A DNA stretch of 64,000 bases from Lingula anatina (Eukaryota > Animalia > Brachiopoda). Shown piece after piece: positions 12,857-25,912 of the stretch. The stretch spans positions 13,244,651 through 13,308,650 of the forward strand of contig CM120647.1 in NCBI GenBank assembly GCA_051362555.1, given 5' to 3'. The translations under genes and the position numbers were made by a program. Position 1 is the stretch's first letter; the number at the start of each line of letters is the position of its first letter. Below the pieces are notes generated by a model, which was not told the DNA's origin, searched no databases, and was given only the letters and a program-made list of their open reading frames with translations.

Positions 12857-14598
12857 TCATGTCTTGTTCCCCTGCTTGTACTTCTGTCTCCCAAAGCCAA
12901 TCAGTATAGCAATGCCTGCCACAGCTGCAGAAAAAAACCCAGCACCTGTCAAAAAAGTGTCAACCTGAAATATAAAATAAATTAGTGAAACAAAATCAAC
13001 AATTAAACAAATGGATTTATAAATTGGAAAAAGTGATGTTATACATGAATAAATGAATTTAAGATATGAAAGAGTCATTATTTTATAAAAAATTAAACCA
13101 ATGTAGTACTACTACTGGCTAAATATTTTTCCCATCAAATATATTTATTGTGTTAGATGTGACAGTGATCACATGACCACATCTTTGCTGCATTGGGCCA
13201 TATTCAGAAGTCGATCTGTGAACTAACAGATCCCCAGAATTAATATGTCCAACCCACTTGAAAACTTGTTGCATATTCCATTTATAGAGACTGAATAGAT
13301 TCCCTGCTGGGATATTAAAATAAGGACACCATAATAAAAAGTTATAAAAGGGGGACAAAGAAATAATAAACAGCCTGGAACTGAAAATAGTTTAATTACA
13401 GAAAAATAAACAAAATAAAAATACCTGTTCACTCCACTCCACTCCATATCTACACCAGGCTGCAAAATGTTCACAATTTTTCCAGAGGACATTGTAGCCG
13501 ATCTCTCCCAGCTTTGACAGAGCCCTCTCCACAATCTCATCACACCGCAAAGGTCTGAAACAAGAGGTTTTAGGTAGATTAATTTGTTCCATGTTACCTG
13601 CCCCCTGTAATATATTAATATTACACATTTCAAATATTTAAGTTAGCACTGAGGAATGAATGAATTGTTTTTCTACTAAAATGGATTTTGACTTATGAAC
13701 AATAGTTAATTAAGCTATCAGGACTGAAAAGAAAAACAATAATTCCATGAATCCTATTATATCACCATTTTAAAGTAACCAGTGGTCATCTAACATGTCT
13801 GTATTGACAAGGATGTGTTAACTGCTGTATTTCAACACCATTTACTTTTTTAAACATCAATTAACTAATTGCACATCTTGGTAAAAAAAAAAAGAACGAA
13901 AAACTGCAAAAGAAAAATATTTTATCAACATAATAACATCTACCAGTAGTCTACCTACCATAATTGGTATTGGTGTTATGCTAATTACAAACATTTACCT
14001 GTGTTTGCGGTCTTTTCCATTGTTTTTGAACGCCTTACTCTCCCCTGCCACATCCCAAAAGAGAGAAACTCGAACAAAAGCCTTCTTTAATTGTACACCA
14101 CAGGGGCTGCAGAACTTCCCTGGATCCCCTTTGCCATCTTTAATTCCATCATTTTCTCCAGTAAGGTGAACCACTTGCTCATCACCTGAATGTAAATACC
14201 CCGGTAGTAATTCTATCATTTAAGTTAATTTAAAATCTCTAATTCAAACCGTTCTATTTTGTGGTGTTGTAAATCTTTCCTTCTGACTCTTACGTGGTGT
14301 GTGAACTCCTGCAGTTGATTCTCTACATTAACTGTGGACGTTATGTTTTCAGTTCATTTAAAACGTTTATTTTAGCTTCAGTCTACATGTAGCCTACAGT
14401 ACAATCTTTGCACCTTAGCGTTAAATGACTTTCGACTACTATCGCTACAAGAAATCTGGTGACATTTTACTAGGAGTGCAACCCCAACTCACCTATATAA
14501 ACAGCCCAGTGGGAGTACATCGGCCTGTGAAACTCTATCATGTCTCCCGGCTCAAGGGAATCTAACACTGTCTGGTTATGGCGTCGCACAACTTCCAT
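12857..14598 (-). CDS. PLAAT: Phospholipase A and acyltransferase (PLAAT/HRASLS, LRAT domain), copy 1, 176 aa
   Basis: Exons 14598-14493, 14185-13999, 13554-13425, 12964-12857 in frame. PGDMIEF...YSHWAVYIG (His), VVHLT (second His), [11 protein letters not shown] (catalytic Cys), CRYG, and a hydrophobic C-terminus followed by a basic tail. Confidence 0.93.
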
Positions 14599-14870
14599 AT
14601 TTCACCTGTCCTCGGTAATTGTAGCAACAGCTTCTGATCCAAAATTTTCTATCAGTCAGCTAGAGGCTACGGAGAACGGTCTCGCGTACTCCTCGTTACT
14701 AACGATGTACTACGATTCGGAAAGATATATACCCTTTGATATCAATATCATGAAAGCAGCGGGAAATCTCACAGCTGCTGGAAGAACCATAATTTGATAA
14801 GCAGTTCGAGTACCCGACTTCAACACTCGTAATTGTCTCGTTGTTACCTTGGATATTTAACGACTGGTAA

Positions 14871-15566
14871 GGGGCCGGTTTCACAAAGCAGTAGTTAGTT
14901 AGCGATCGGTAGTTAGCCTCTCGCTAGTTATAGTGCCGTTTCACGAAGCAGTCGCTAGTTCTCTCGCTCGTTATTGTCTCGTTGTTGCCTTGGATATTTA
15001 ACGACTGGTCAGACCAGTCGCTAACTCTAGAGTTTCATCGTACGCATGCGTAATGAGTGAAATAAAAAGGTTGCTTGGTTACCGTTGTCTGTCGTCTTTG
15101 TATCCAATATGGCGGCTACCTTTCTTGCTATCCGTACCGCCAGACGGCAACGTAGACTACGACGTTTTCATGAAAGGCAGAATCTATTAGAATATACACA
15201 CGATGATGCAATTTACGAGAGTTTGTGCCTAGCTGTGACAAAAAGAGCGGCAAAAAGGTGGTGCAGATTCTTTACGACGACCTCAAAGCAGACGTTCTTA
15301 TGCATTTCCAGCCACCAAAAATTGGAGAGTTAGTGCTTTCGTGACACTTTTACGCAAGAATTCCACTTCCGGCAGACGGTTTCGAGACTACGGTGAGTAA
15401 CGAGAGAACTAACGACCGAACTTTACGACTGAACTTAGCGATAAGTTAACTACTGCTTCGTAAAACACTCCTCGAAAATCGCTAAGTTTGCTCGTTAGCG
15501 AGGTAGTTTAGTAGTGAGTGGGTAGTTAATTGTTCTAACTAACTACTGCTTCGTGAAACCGGCCCC
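14871..15566 (+). mobile_element. Non-autonomous PIF/Harbinger DNA transposon (internal deletion derivative)
   Basis: About 32-bp TIRs GGGGCCGGTTTCAC(A/G)AAGCAGTAGTTAGTTAG, with TAA on the left. Internal fragment MAATFLAIRTARRQRRLRRFHERQNLLEYTHDDAIYE resembles a Harbinger transposase N-terminus. Confidence 0.75.
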
Positions 15567-15746
15567 AATTTTTTTGTCGATCAGCTTAGAGGTTACGGAG
15601 AACGGTCTCGCTTTCTTCCCGTTACTAACGATGTCCTTCAATTCAGGAAGTTATATACCCCTTGATAAACCCTAATTTGATAAGTAGTTCGCGTTCACTA
15701 CAACGTAGGTCAGCCATCTTGGAATTTCCCGGACTATTATAAGCTC

Positions 15747-15754
15747 TGACGTCA
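15747..15754. promoter_or_regulatory. Palindromic CRE (TGACGTCA) near a YY1-like CAAGATGGC in the putative promoter of PLAAT copy 1
   Basis: Perfect TGACGTCA, conserved at the equivalent position upstream of copy 2 (24806-24813) and degenerate (tgacatta) upstream of the orphan exon at about 19550. Confidence 0.5.
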
Positions 15755-16239
15755 TCGGTAATTTTTGCCTGTAATTCGAAACCAGATCATAGGCATACTT
15801 TAAATTAAAGCTATTGTTCATTACTTTTATTCAGTGACTTATTTTGCGCCGACTTATTAGAATTGATTTGACATAGTAAATGAAAAAAAAAAATCGAAAA
15901 CGGGGAACGAAAAGAATAAATGATAAACGTTTTAAACCCCAATATAGAGGTGCATTTCATATGCTGAAGTGTCAAAAATGAATGTTCCCCAGAAAAAAAT
16001 TCGCAGAATGTTTCATCTTACCCAAGCAGTTGGTGCAATAGAGAGACTAAATTAAACTTGAGGGGAGACTTGGAATATGGAACGCCATTCACGCAAAAAA
16101 TGCAGACGTCAATTCAACAATCTATCGGCACTATTTAACAGTCAAAACCTACTTTAACTCTCTAAACTTAATTCTACTAAATTAGTTTTGGCCATTTTAA
16201 TCATTCGTCAAAATCTAACAATCAATAAACGATTTAAAA

Positions 16240-16315
16240 GTCAGTTACCGCAACTCAACAATCAGTTACCGCAACTCAACAATCAGTTGCAGCAACTCAA
16301 CAATCAGTTACTGCA
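16240..16315 (+). repeat. 21-bp minisatellite (cagttaccgcaactcaacaat, about 3.5 copies)
   Basis: Tandem copies read directly. Confidence 0.85.
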
Positions 16316-16408
16316 AACGGTCATTCGCGGACTTAACACCAGATGGCGCGCGCGCACCGTCAGCGATATGAAACGTCCTTGACCTTTTCCATGTTTTCAA
16401 TTCCGCAT

Positions 16409-16680
16409 AGCACGAACAATACGTGGTGCCTCGATTTGAAACCATACAGCTTTTGTGTTTTTAATCTCCAAATACTTAAAAAAATCAATAAAGCTAATAA
16501 ATAGGCCATCGACAAGAACCTATTATATCGTATCTTTTATATTGGTTATTATTACATATAACAATAATAAACGAGTCGCCTTTTGATGTACGCTTGGCTA
16601 TAACCTCTATTAAAAAATATCCATTTTTATGAGATTCGTATTGTTTGGTTCCATTGCCTCGCTTTCAAAAATTAGAACAA
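16409..16680 (+). mobile_element. Partial copy of the DNA transposon found at 50027-50757
   Basis: Colinear similarity from agcacgaac...gtgcctcgat...ttttgtgtttttaatctccaaatac to ccattgcctcgctttcaaaaattagaaca. Confidence 0.75.
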
Positions 16681-16778
16681 TTGTACGTCATTTTTAGGTC
16701 ACCGGCTTTGTAAAGCCTGGCTTAATTCGTTGAGAATGCGCTCTAAGTCTTCATGTAGGCCTGCACTTTGAACATTAA

Positions 16779-18892
16779 GGTACGGATGTACCCAAATAGG
16801 GCCTATAGCTAAAAATCGTCATTTTTGGTTTTTTATGTCTAATTATTGGTTAAATGTGTATCTAACGTTTAACAGAATAAAATTTTTACATTTTGAACAA
16901 AAAATATGTTTTTTTCTGAGGATTCTGATGCTGCACACATCGGCACCAGTGGCCTGGTCTATGCCCCGCCTTCGTTGTCAAGGGCCGTTGGCATGGGTAA
17001 ACTCGGTGGGCGGACCTTAGCAGCATCAGCACGTCTAGGGAAACAATAGAACAGGGATGCGCCATGCCCCTTTGTCATAAACAGCGCTTGGCAAAGCAGT
17101 GCCTATTGTTCCGCTTAAGCTGTTTTGATAGTCGCTCTTGATTGTGATCAGCGCTAAGATGAATCTTTTCCGACACATTGGATTTGCTCGAAATACGCGT
17201 TCTCCCTTGAATATTGCTTGTTGTTACACGTGCTCTTTCGATTTTCTGTTAACTTTTTGAGATACGCAAAAAAAAAAGAAGAAAATCCCGTTGTTTGCTA
17301 CCCGTGACAACAATCGTCATACTTTCTATCCATTTTCGACAACAGCTCGATGCAGTTGTTAGATTTTAAAAATCTGAACATGGGCGTAACTAGGCATACG
17401 CACGGATGCACTGTGCGTACAATTTTTTGGCCAACCATGGTATTATTTCATATAAATTTAGTGTATTTTTCACGGAATATAAAGAAATCCTCTGCTTATT
17501 AAAGTCACCTGTAGGAACAAATCCTCTGTATCAATTGTATAGGAACAATTATTCTGACACCCCCCTCCCCCCCGTCTTGCGTACTTTTATTGAACTGAGG
17601 TAAACAATGCCTGAAACCTTGACAAGTTTTATCTTAATCGTCCATCTAACTGGAACTTCCTTTACCTCTTAATTGGAGGGTTCAGTGGCCCACAACTCTC
17701 CTGAAGCCTTGCTGGCGATATTTAGCTCAGGTAAAAATCTACCTGAGTGTTATTTTCAAAGAGCAGCTCCCGCAACCCTGAGGGCACTAGATAAAATCTG
17801 GACACCAGGTTTTATAAGGAGCTAGAGAAACAAAGGAATGATTTTTCCTGCAAAGCGTCAAAGAATTTTGAAACGGAATTGACCCAGCTTTTTTCTTCAA
17901 CAATTATCGCAGAATTTTTCCTGGCTCACCCAACTTTAGACATTTCCTCTAACAAAACCTTTTTGGTTGCGTCTATTTCTTGTTGTTGATGGTCCGATCA
18001 GCGTCCTGTAACACGACCGTGTTTTCGAACCATTTTTCGCTTGGCGAATGTAGACAAGACCGCCTGCGATGCTGCTATTGTGTGCATATCCTAGAGCGCA
18101 TCCCTAACACTTTCCCCGACGGCAATTGACGTGGCCACTGATTGCTTGAGTTATTAGGGCTTACTTGATTGCCTGTCAATCATTCTGGCACTGCTAGCGG
18201 TAACCCCTTGAAGTTACTAACAGGAGGTGAGATTGATACAAAAATAAGATTTTCTGACATCCAAATGCATGCAAACAAGCTAATTTCAACCGGCAATAGA
18301 GTACCAATCTTCGCGATCGTCAGAACGATAACAGGTAAAGCTGTCAACAATTTAATTTGCTTATTTGGACAATTAACCTCCCTGAAAGGGTTTTTGCTCG
18401 TTTTCTTTGCTTTCAATATTGACGAGATAGCGTTATCTTAGCAAGCTATAAATGTCTACCTGTACACCTGAGGGAGACCAAATTCGCCATGCTAATTATG
18501 AAAAGTATGCACTATTCGATTGATCCTCTCTTTTCTCATTTATAGACTTTGAAAGTGAAAATTCCCTAATATTTTGATGTAATTTCACGTTTTTATAGAT
18601 AAAATCAACAATAAGTGTCTGAAGAAAAACCCCTGACTCCATGCTGCAGTACTTTGTTCAAGTGTTATAATGCCATCAAAAGCAAGTTTAAAGCTGTCCA
18701 GGTGCCTGAGAAAATCAGGTGTAGAAAAATGGTGTTTTTGTCCCCAAAATCCCAATATTACGTCACACGATGAAGTTAGAGCTGTGTTCCAAGCATAATT
18801 AGATATTTTGAAGATACATTAAATGAATGTGACAGGAATAAAAAAGCCAAGACCTTTATTTTAAGAGAAAATCTCAAACCTACATCCCCACC
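16779..18892. mobile_element. TTAA-flanked non-autonomous DNA transposon (Kolobok-like), about 2.1 kb
   Basis: TTAA|GGTACGGATGTA ... TACATCCCCACC|TTAA: imperfect 12-bp TIR with RR..YY ends and TTAA on both sides. No transposase recognised. Confidence 0.6.
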
Positions 18893-18959
18893 TTAAGGTT
18901 AAATGTTTCAAGTATCGCAACAAAAATCTTATGACATTTATGTGATAGATACAATACGA

Positions 18960-19049
18960 GTCGCCGAGCTGTACGTGAAATATTACGAGTGTATTGGCGA
19001 GCCGCAGGCGAGACAATACACGAGTAATTTTCACGTACAGCTCGGCGAC
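18960..19049. repeat. Long hairpin/palindrome, probably part of a non-autonomous element
   Basis: gtcgccgagctgtacgtgaaa...tttcacgtacagctcggcgac arms around gcgagccgcaggcgag. Confidence 0.7.
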
Positions 19050-19227
19050 AAGCGTTGTATCTGGCTTAAACCACGGCCTCTGATTGGCTTCCACACTAGT
19101 AATGCAACAGACCATGGAACGCACTCGCGATCGTACATGACGTGCTTGTATGTCGAATACAGCACGGCCGAGTCTTTTGTTCTACGCGCTAGCCGTGGTT
19201 TAAAAGGTGTTAAAACCAATCACTCGC

Positions 19228-19309
19228 CTATATAAACGGCCCAGTGCGAGTAACGACCCCTGTCAAACTCTATCAAGTCCCCCGGCTCAAGGGAATCTAA
19301 CCATGTCAT
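19228..19309 (-). CDS. Orphan or alternative PLAAT first exon ([28 protein letters not shown]) with GC donor
   Basis: Open 82-nt exon in the same phase (1) as PLAAT exon 1, with the same gacaggtgaaatATG context and a homologous 5' region (19310-19640). Donor is G|GCGAGT. No matching exons 2-4 seen before copy 1. Confidence 0.6.
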
Positions 19310-21649
19310 ATTTCACCTGTCCTCGGTAATTGTAGCAAGCGCTTCTGATCCAAAATGCTATGACGCTCAGCTAGGAGCTACAGAAAACGGCCTCCCTTAC
19401 TCACAATTACTAACAATGTCTTTGATATCAAGATAATAAATGCAAAGAGAAATTTCACAGCAGATGGCAAAATCGATATCATTGATAATTAATTCGCTCT
19501 CCTGGCTTTAACGAATGTCAACTATCTGATACGGGACTAATTTATGCTCTGACATTATCGGTTATCATTGCTTACTGCCCGCTATTTGAAAGGATCAAAG
19601 CTTTCCTTAGAAATCTTGAGCTACTATTCATTACTATTATTCATTTCACTTTTTGCGGGGAACTTATTATAATTATCATCATATCTGTATTCTATATAAT
19701 TGATTCATGAAATGTTGGTCTCCAAGTTAAAACATATTTCAAAAAGAAAGGAAACGCCAGAAAATTTCGCTTTTCTATTTCACCGACTTGGTCCTACAGG
19801 GTGTACATTGAGCTGTTTCCTTCAATATTCCTTTATAGGGAAGACATTTCAGAATAGACGCCAGCACGAAAAGTGATCCGAAGTTAATTTGACAGTTCCG
19901 AGAAGTGAATAGCAACCGTCAAAAGAGTTATATACTGAAGCCAGGCTAATCAACGTTGTGAAAGCCTGACACGAAGTTGACGTATGTATGCTTAGTCCCA
20001 GATGAGCTGGGAAAGGCAAAATAATTTCATTTTTTTCTTTTTGTATTAACGCTTTTTGCAAATACCTCAATATGTCCAGTAACCATATACTCTGACTTCA
20101 CAATATATACTTGCTTTGACTGCATAATTTGACCTAACAATAGGGCCTATATTGTGTTATTATAATATTAAGCATACAATCACTATTTTGAAAATGAGTT
20201 TTTTATCAGAACAGATAGCATGGCTGCATAAAAGAACATAGGTAGGCCTCTGTCTAAAATTATAAATAACTACAAAGAAAATGAGTAATATAGACGAAAA
20301 TTAATAACATGAGTAGACTACACTGAAATCGTAAACATACAGATGAAACTTTTTTTTTATTTTTGATGTTTTTTTTTTCGGTTTTATATAAAGTATTTTT
20401 TTTCCGATTGAGGTCGGACGTTTAAGCCATATATGCTACAACAAAATGAATGGTAACACTGAAGTCAACATGTCTGTTCTTATCAACATTTATTATTATG
20501 CCTCTCACTATCATTTTTTAGATATAATTAAAATACAAGGGCAGAACCGACCCAGGATCTTATCAGATATAATCAACAAAAAAAAAACCCACTGACGCCA
20601 TCAACTAATTGATTACTGGTGTAATAAACCAGTAGTTTACTGACGTAATTGACTCTTTACTTATACTAACGTAACGAATTATTTATTCACTGACGTAATG
20701 AAACAAATTAATTCCTTACTGTTCAAAGCCTATCCAAACAAGCAATGCATATTTTACGAATGTAAAACACATTTAAAGCATCGACCCATGAAGTGTGGGT
20801 CCTATGGTCTATTGAACTCGACATCATCCACTTTTTCATGTTACGTCTGACCATGTCTATACGCAGGAACGAATTTCGTTTTCAGTTATTCATATTGTTT
20901 TCATAATGTGCTTGCATGGTATATTTGTATTCAATTAACATGACATTATGTAATGCATTCTCTTCCTTGGGGTTAAATATTTTTACAAACAATTTCGTGA
21001 TCGCTGCTGATATTAACAAATAATTCACTTTATTCTTATATATGTTTATAAGGGTTAACATCTTAAATTAACGCATATTGAGGTATACTGCTGGTTTATT
21101 GATTTGTTCGTTATTTCTTGAATATGTTAATGAAGAACTCAACACTTTCAGAGATATCAAGTCCAAGTATTTTTTATCAAAAATAACTTTGTTACTACTA
21201 CAAAAATGGACTGCTTGGTATTGCATTATAGTCAAGAGCAGTTGCCCTTTCCCACCTTTAAAGATGGGCTTTGGCAACATTTCGCAGTCAACATCAGATC
21301 CATACATCACTGTTTATGACCTTTAAATGATATGTTATTGATGTATTATATATTATATATCGATATTATTAAATGATATATATATATATGCTATTTGATA
21401 TATTAATGATATATTACTGCAGCCTTTTCTTTGCTACATATTTGTGAGATTGGGCAAAAAAAATTGGTCCCCACGTGGTCACAAGCTCGGTTCAACAGGG
21501 GCTTAGGCAATATGCTTTCTTTGCTGACCTGGTCACCAAGTCAATAAAAACCAGTCAAATACGTGAACAGTGTAATTGAGGCAATATCCTATCTTTTCTG
21601 AATCAGATCTCATCTGGCATGAGTATCAAAATGTGTTTGCTCTCTGGAA

Positions 21650-23315
21650 TCATGTCTTGTTCTCCTTCTTGTTTTTATGTTTGTGATAAACGTACCCTGC
21701 ACCAGCGACCGCTGCAGCGCCAGTCAAACAAACAGCTGTCCTTAGCCAAAAGTTATCTGCCTGAAAAATCAAATAAATCAATAAAACAAAATAATTGATT
21801 AAACAAATGAATGGATTTTTCATCAAACAATTAAATGATCTGTTTGAATATTTTTCCAGTCATATATTTAAAACAAACTTCACAATTATAATTAAACTTA
21901 CTGTAACATTTACAAACTGCTGTAGATGTGACAGCAAAAATATGTTCATTGCATTAGATGTGACAGTGAGATTTCTTTATTGTGTTAGATGCGACTGTGA
22001 TCACAACATTAGTTATGACAGCAAAATTGAACAATTTTCTGCATGCCAAAATGACTCTCTGAGTGCACCTATACAATAAAGAACAGACGACAAAAACTGA
22101 CAATAGGTGAACTGAGAGGTGCATGGATGGAAGAAGGGATAAAAAGGACAGATGTAAAGACATGAGACAGACACACAGACAGAGACAAACACACACACAC
22201 ACACAGAACACAGACACACACACACACACACAGAACACAGACACACATACACACACACACACACAGAACACAGACACACACACACACACAGAACACACAC
22301 ACACACACACACACAGACACACACAGACACACACACACACACAGAACACAGACAGACACAGACACAGACACAGACACACACACACACACACACAGACACA
22401 CACACACACAGAACACAGACAGACACAGACACACACACACACAGAACACAGACAGACACAGACACACACACACACACACACACACAGAACACAGACAGAC
22501 ACAGACACAGACACACACACACACACACACACAGAACACAGACACACACACACACACAGTACACAGACAGACACAGACACACACACACACACAGAACACA
22601 GACACACACACACACAGAACACAGACACACATACACACACACACACAGAACACAGACACACACACACACACACACACACAGAACACACACACACACAGAC
22701 ACACACATACACACACAGACACACACACACACACACAGAACACAGACAGACACAGACACAGACACACACACAGAACACAGACAGACACAGACACACACAC
22801 ACACACAGAACACAGACACACACACACACAGAACACAGACAGACACAGACAGTACACAGACAGACACAGACACACACACACAGAACACAGACAGACACAG
22901 ACATACACACACAGACACACACACACACACACACACAGAACACAGACAGACACAGACACACACACACACAGAACACAGACAGACACAGACACACACACAC
23001 ACACAGAACACAGACAGACACAGACACACACACACAGACACACACACACACACACACACAGAACACAGACAGACACAGACACAGACACACACACACACAG
23101 AACACAGACAGACACAGACACACACACACACACAGAACACAGACACACACACACACACAGAACACAGACAGACACAGACAGTACACAGACAGACACAGAC
23201 ACACACACACAGAACACAGACAGACACAGACATACACACACAGACACACACACACACACACACAGAACACAGACAGACACAGACACACACACACACAGAA
23301 CACAGACAGACACAG

Positions 23316-23347
<32 letters not shown>

Positions 23348-24529
23348 CACAGACAGACACAGACACAGACACACACACACACACACACAGACACACACAC
23401 ACACAGAACACAGAACACAGACAGACACAGACATACATAAAGATAGACAGACAGAGAGAACACAAATAGTAGAAATTAAATGAAATAATAATAAGTGCAC
23501 CACACTGAGAAGTTATAAAAGGCGAACAAAGAAATGATAAAGAAATCAGGACCTGAAATGAAGAAAAATAAAAATAAGAAAATAAGAAAATAAAAAAAAA
23601 ATACCTGTTCACTCCACTCTACACCATATCTACACCAGGATGCAAAATGTTCGCAATTTTTCCAGAGGACATTGTATCCATAATCTCCCAGCTTTGATAG
23701 AGCCCTCTCCACGATCTCATCACATCTCGCAGGTCTGAAACAACAAAATTTGGGTGAGATGAATTTGTTCCACATTATCCAGTGGTCATCTAACATGTCT
23801 GTATTGGCATGGATGTGTTAACTGCTGTATCTTAACACCATTTACTTTTTTAAACATCAGTTTTCTAGTTGCACATCTTCACAAAACAAAAAATAAATAA
23901 ATGAATACTTCATCAACATAATAATATCTATTAGTATTCTACCTACCACAAACATTTACCTGTGTTTGCGATCTTTTCCATTGTTTTTGAATGCCTTACT
24001 CTCCCCCGCCACATCCCAGAAGGGAGAGACTTGAACAAAAGCCTTCTTTAATTGTACACCACAGGGGCTGCAGAACTTCCCTGGATCACCTTTGCCATCT
24101 TTTATTCCGTCATTTTCTCCAGTAAGGTGGATTACTTTCTCATCACCTGAATGTAAATATCAATTTTGTCATTAATTTAATTAATTTAAAATCTCTACTT
24201 CAAACCGCTCTTTTTTGTGGTATTGTAAAAGATCTAAAAATCAATCTTTTTACTGACATCACGTACACGTGTGTGCTCAGTTGACTCACTACATTTACTG
24301 TGGCCGTTATGTTTTAAGTGCATACACGTTTATTCTAGCTTCAGTCTACAACTACGCCAGCAAAATGAGCACATTAGCGTGAGACATTTTAAGGTGTTAC
24401 CCCCCCCCCCCCCCCACACTCACCCATATAAACAGCCCAGTGAGAGTACATCGACCTGTGAAACTCTATCATGTCTCCCGGCTCAAGGGAAGCTAACACT
24501 GTTTGGTTATGGCGTCGCACAACTTCCAT
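21650..24529 (-). CDS. PLAAT: Phospholipase A and acyltransferase (PLAAT/HRASLS), copy 2, 177 aa
   Basis: Exons 24529-24424, 24146-23960, 23734-23605, 21760-21650. The first three are the same size as in copy 1 (106/187/130). HWAVY, IHLT and NCEHF are intact. C-terminus [36 protein letters not shown]. Confidence 0.93.
22163..23464. repeat. About 1.3-kb compound (CA)n/CAGA/CAGAA microsatellite in intron 3 of PLAAT copy 2
   Basis: Read directly; absent from the homologous intron of copy 1. Confidence 0.97.
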
Positions 24530-24805
24530 ATTTCACCTATCCTCGGTAATTGTAGCAAATTAACAGCTTCTGATCCAAAATTTATTGTCGATCAGCTTAC
24601 AGGTTACGGAGAACGGTCTTGCTTACTTCCCGTTACTAACGATGTCCTTCAATTCGGGAAGTTATATACCCCTTGATAACAATATCGTGAAAGCAGCGGG
24701 AAATCCCACAGCTGCAGGAAAATATACATAATTTGTTGAGTAGTCCGCGTGCCTGACTTCAACGTAGGTCAGCCATCTTGGAATTCCCCGGACTATTTTT
24801 AGCTC

Positions 24806-24813
24806 TGACGTCA
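24806..24813. promoter_or_regulatory. Palindromic CRE upstream of PLAAT copy 2
   Basis: TGACGTCA about 280 bp upstream of the ATG; conserved in the paralog. Confidence 0.5.
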
Positions 24814-25484
24814 TCGGTAATTTTTGCCTGTAATTCGAAACCAGATCAAAGCTCTACTTTGAATTATAAAGCTTTTGTTCATCACTTTTATTCAACAGCT
24901 TATTTTGCGTATGACTGCAATCATATTTACGAAAAGAATAAATGATAACCGTTTTTAAAACACCAAACCCCAATATAGAGGCGCATTTCATATGCTGAAG
25001 TGTCAAAAACGTAGGCCTATGTTCCCCAGAAAAATTGTCAGAAAGTTTCATCTTACCCAAGTAGTTGGTGCAACAGAAAATGCGCTAGACATCTTACGTA
25101 AATTTATGCTCAGGCTGTAGTGATATCTTTCAGTTCAATTTCATAATTCAAATCTGATTGGCTTTAGTCTTTTCTAAATGTACATAATGCCTTTTTTTCA
25201 ACTTTGTCATAACTATAACAGTCTCAGTACATTATATCCTATTTCTTTTGCTATTGTTTTCATTTCATAATGAAAACGATGAACGCAAGGATTATCAGAA
25301 TTGTCACAACCTTAAAACATTTCAACAGCTGAAACAATTAAAAACGTATATATATATATTCGTTTGTTTTATTTATTTACTTATAGCACATTTATCAATG
25401 CAAAATTGTAAAACAGAAAACAAGTGCCGATTTGTGAGGTGTCCATACTTCTGGTAGAAAATACTATAGTAGATGGGTGAGTTT

Positions 25485-25515
<31 letters not shown>

Positions 25516-25912
25516 GGGTCTTCCTCCTTGGTACCTTGATTTCGTCGGCGATTCAGAATATATGATCATATTTATAAAACTACATAAATTGCACATTTAA
25601 GCTGTCCAGAAAGTGCTGCCCCCTGGCGTCATATGAGTCACACTGGATACTAAGGCCGACATGTACAGCAGACTGCACACAGTTCGTTTTCTTAAAATCT
25701 GAAAATCTCGAAACTCGGAAAAAATCTTAAAAAACGATTTTTTTCTTGAGTATTGATGGGAAAAAATGAGTTTTGGCTTATTCGAATAATTGCAGGAGTC
25801 AAACAAGTTTTACAGGCTCAAGGTGTTAAAGTAAGTCAAGTGCTGTAAGATCATAACACACTACTCGGTGGAGTAAGCAGCAAATGTCTTTATTTATCAT
25901 AAGAACGTTAAG

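Larger units (their letters stand above)
11155..16050. repeat. Segmental duplication unit 1 (PLAAT gene plus flanks); homologous to 19858-25075
   Basis: Colinear similarity from gccagcacgaaaagtgatcc (about 11156 vs 19860) through introns and exons to catcttacccaag...ggtgcaa (about 16015-16038 vs 25049-25073). Confidence 0.88.
19858..25075. repeat. Segmental duplication unit 2; homologous to 11155-16050
   Basis: Colinear similarity with unit 1. It differs by the 1.3-kb microsatellite and lacks the Harbinger element. Confidence 0.88.

Noticed and set aside
16188-16382. ORF with QLPQLNN heptad repeats (coiled-coil-like)
   Set aside because: It is produced by a 21-bp minisatellite, starts at TTG and has no splice support.
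21954-23612. Four long ORFs (448-552 aa) rich in CV or HT/QT
   Set aside because: They are translations of the (CA)n compound microsatellite, which has no stop codons, inside a PLAAT intron.
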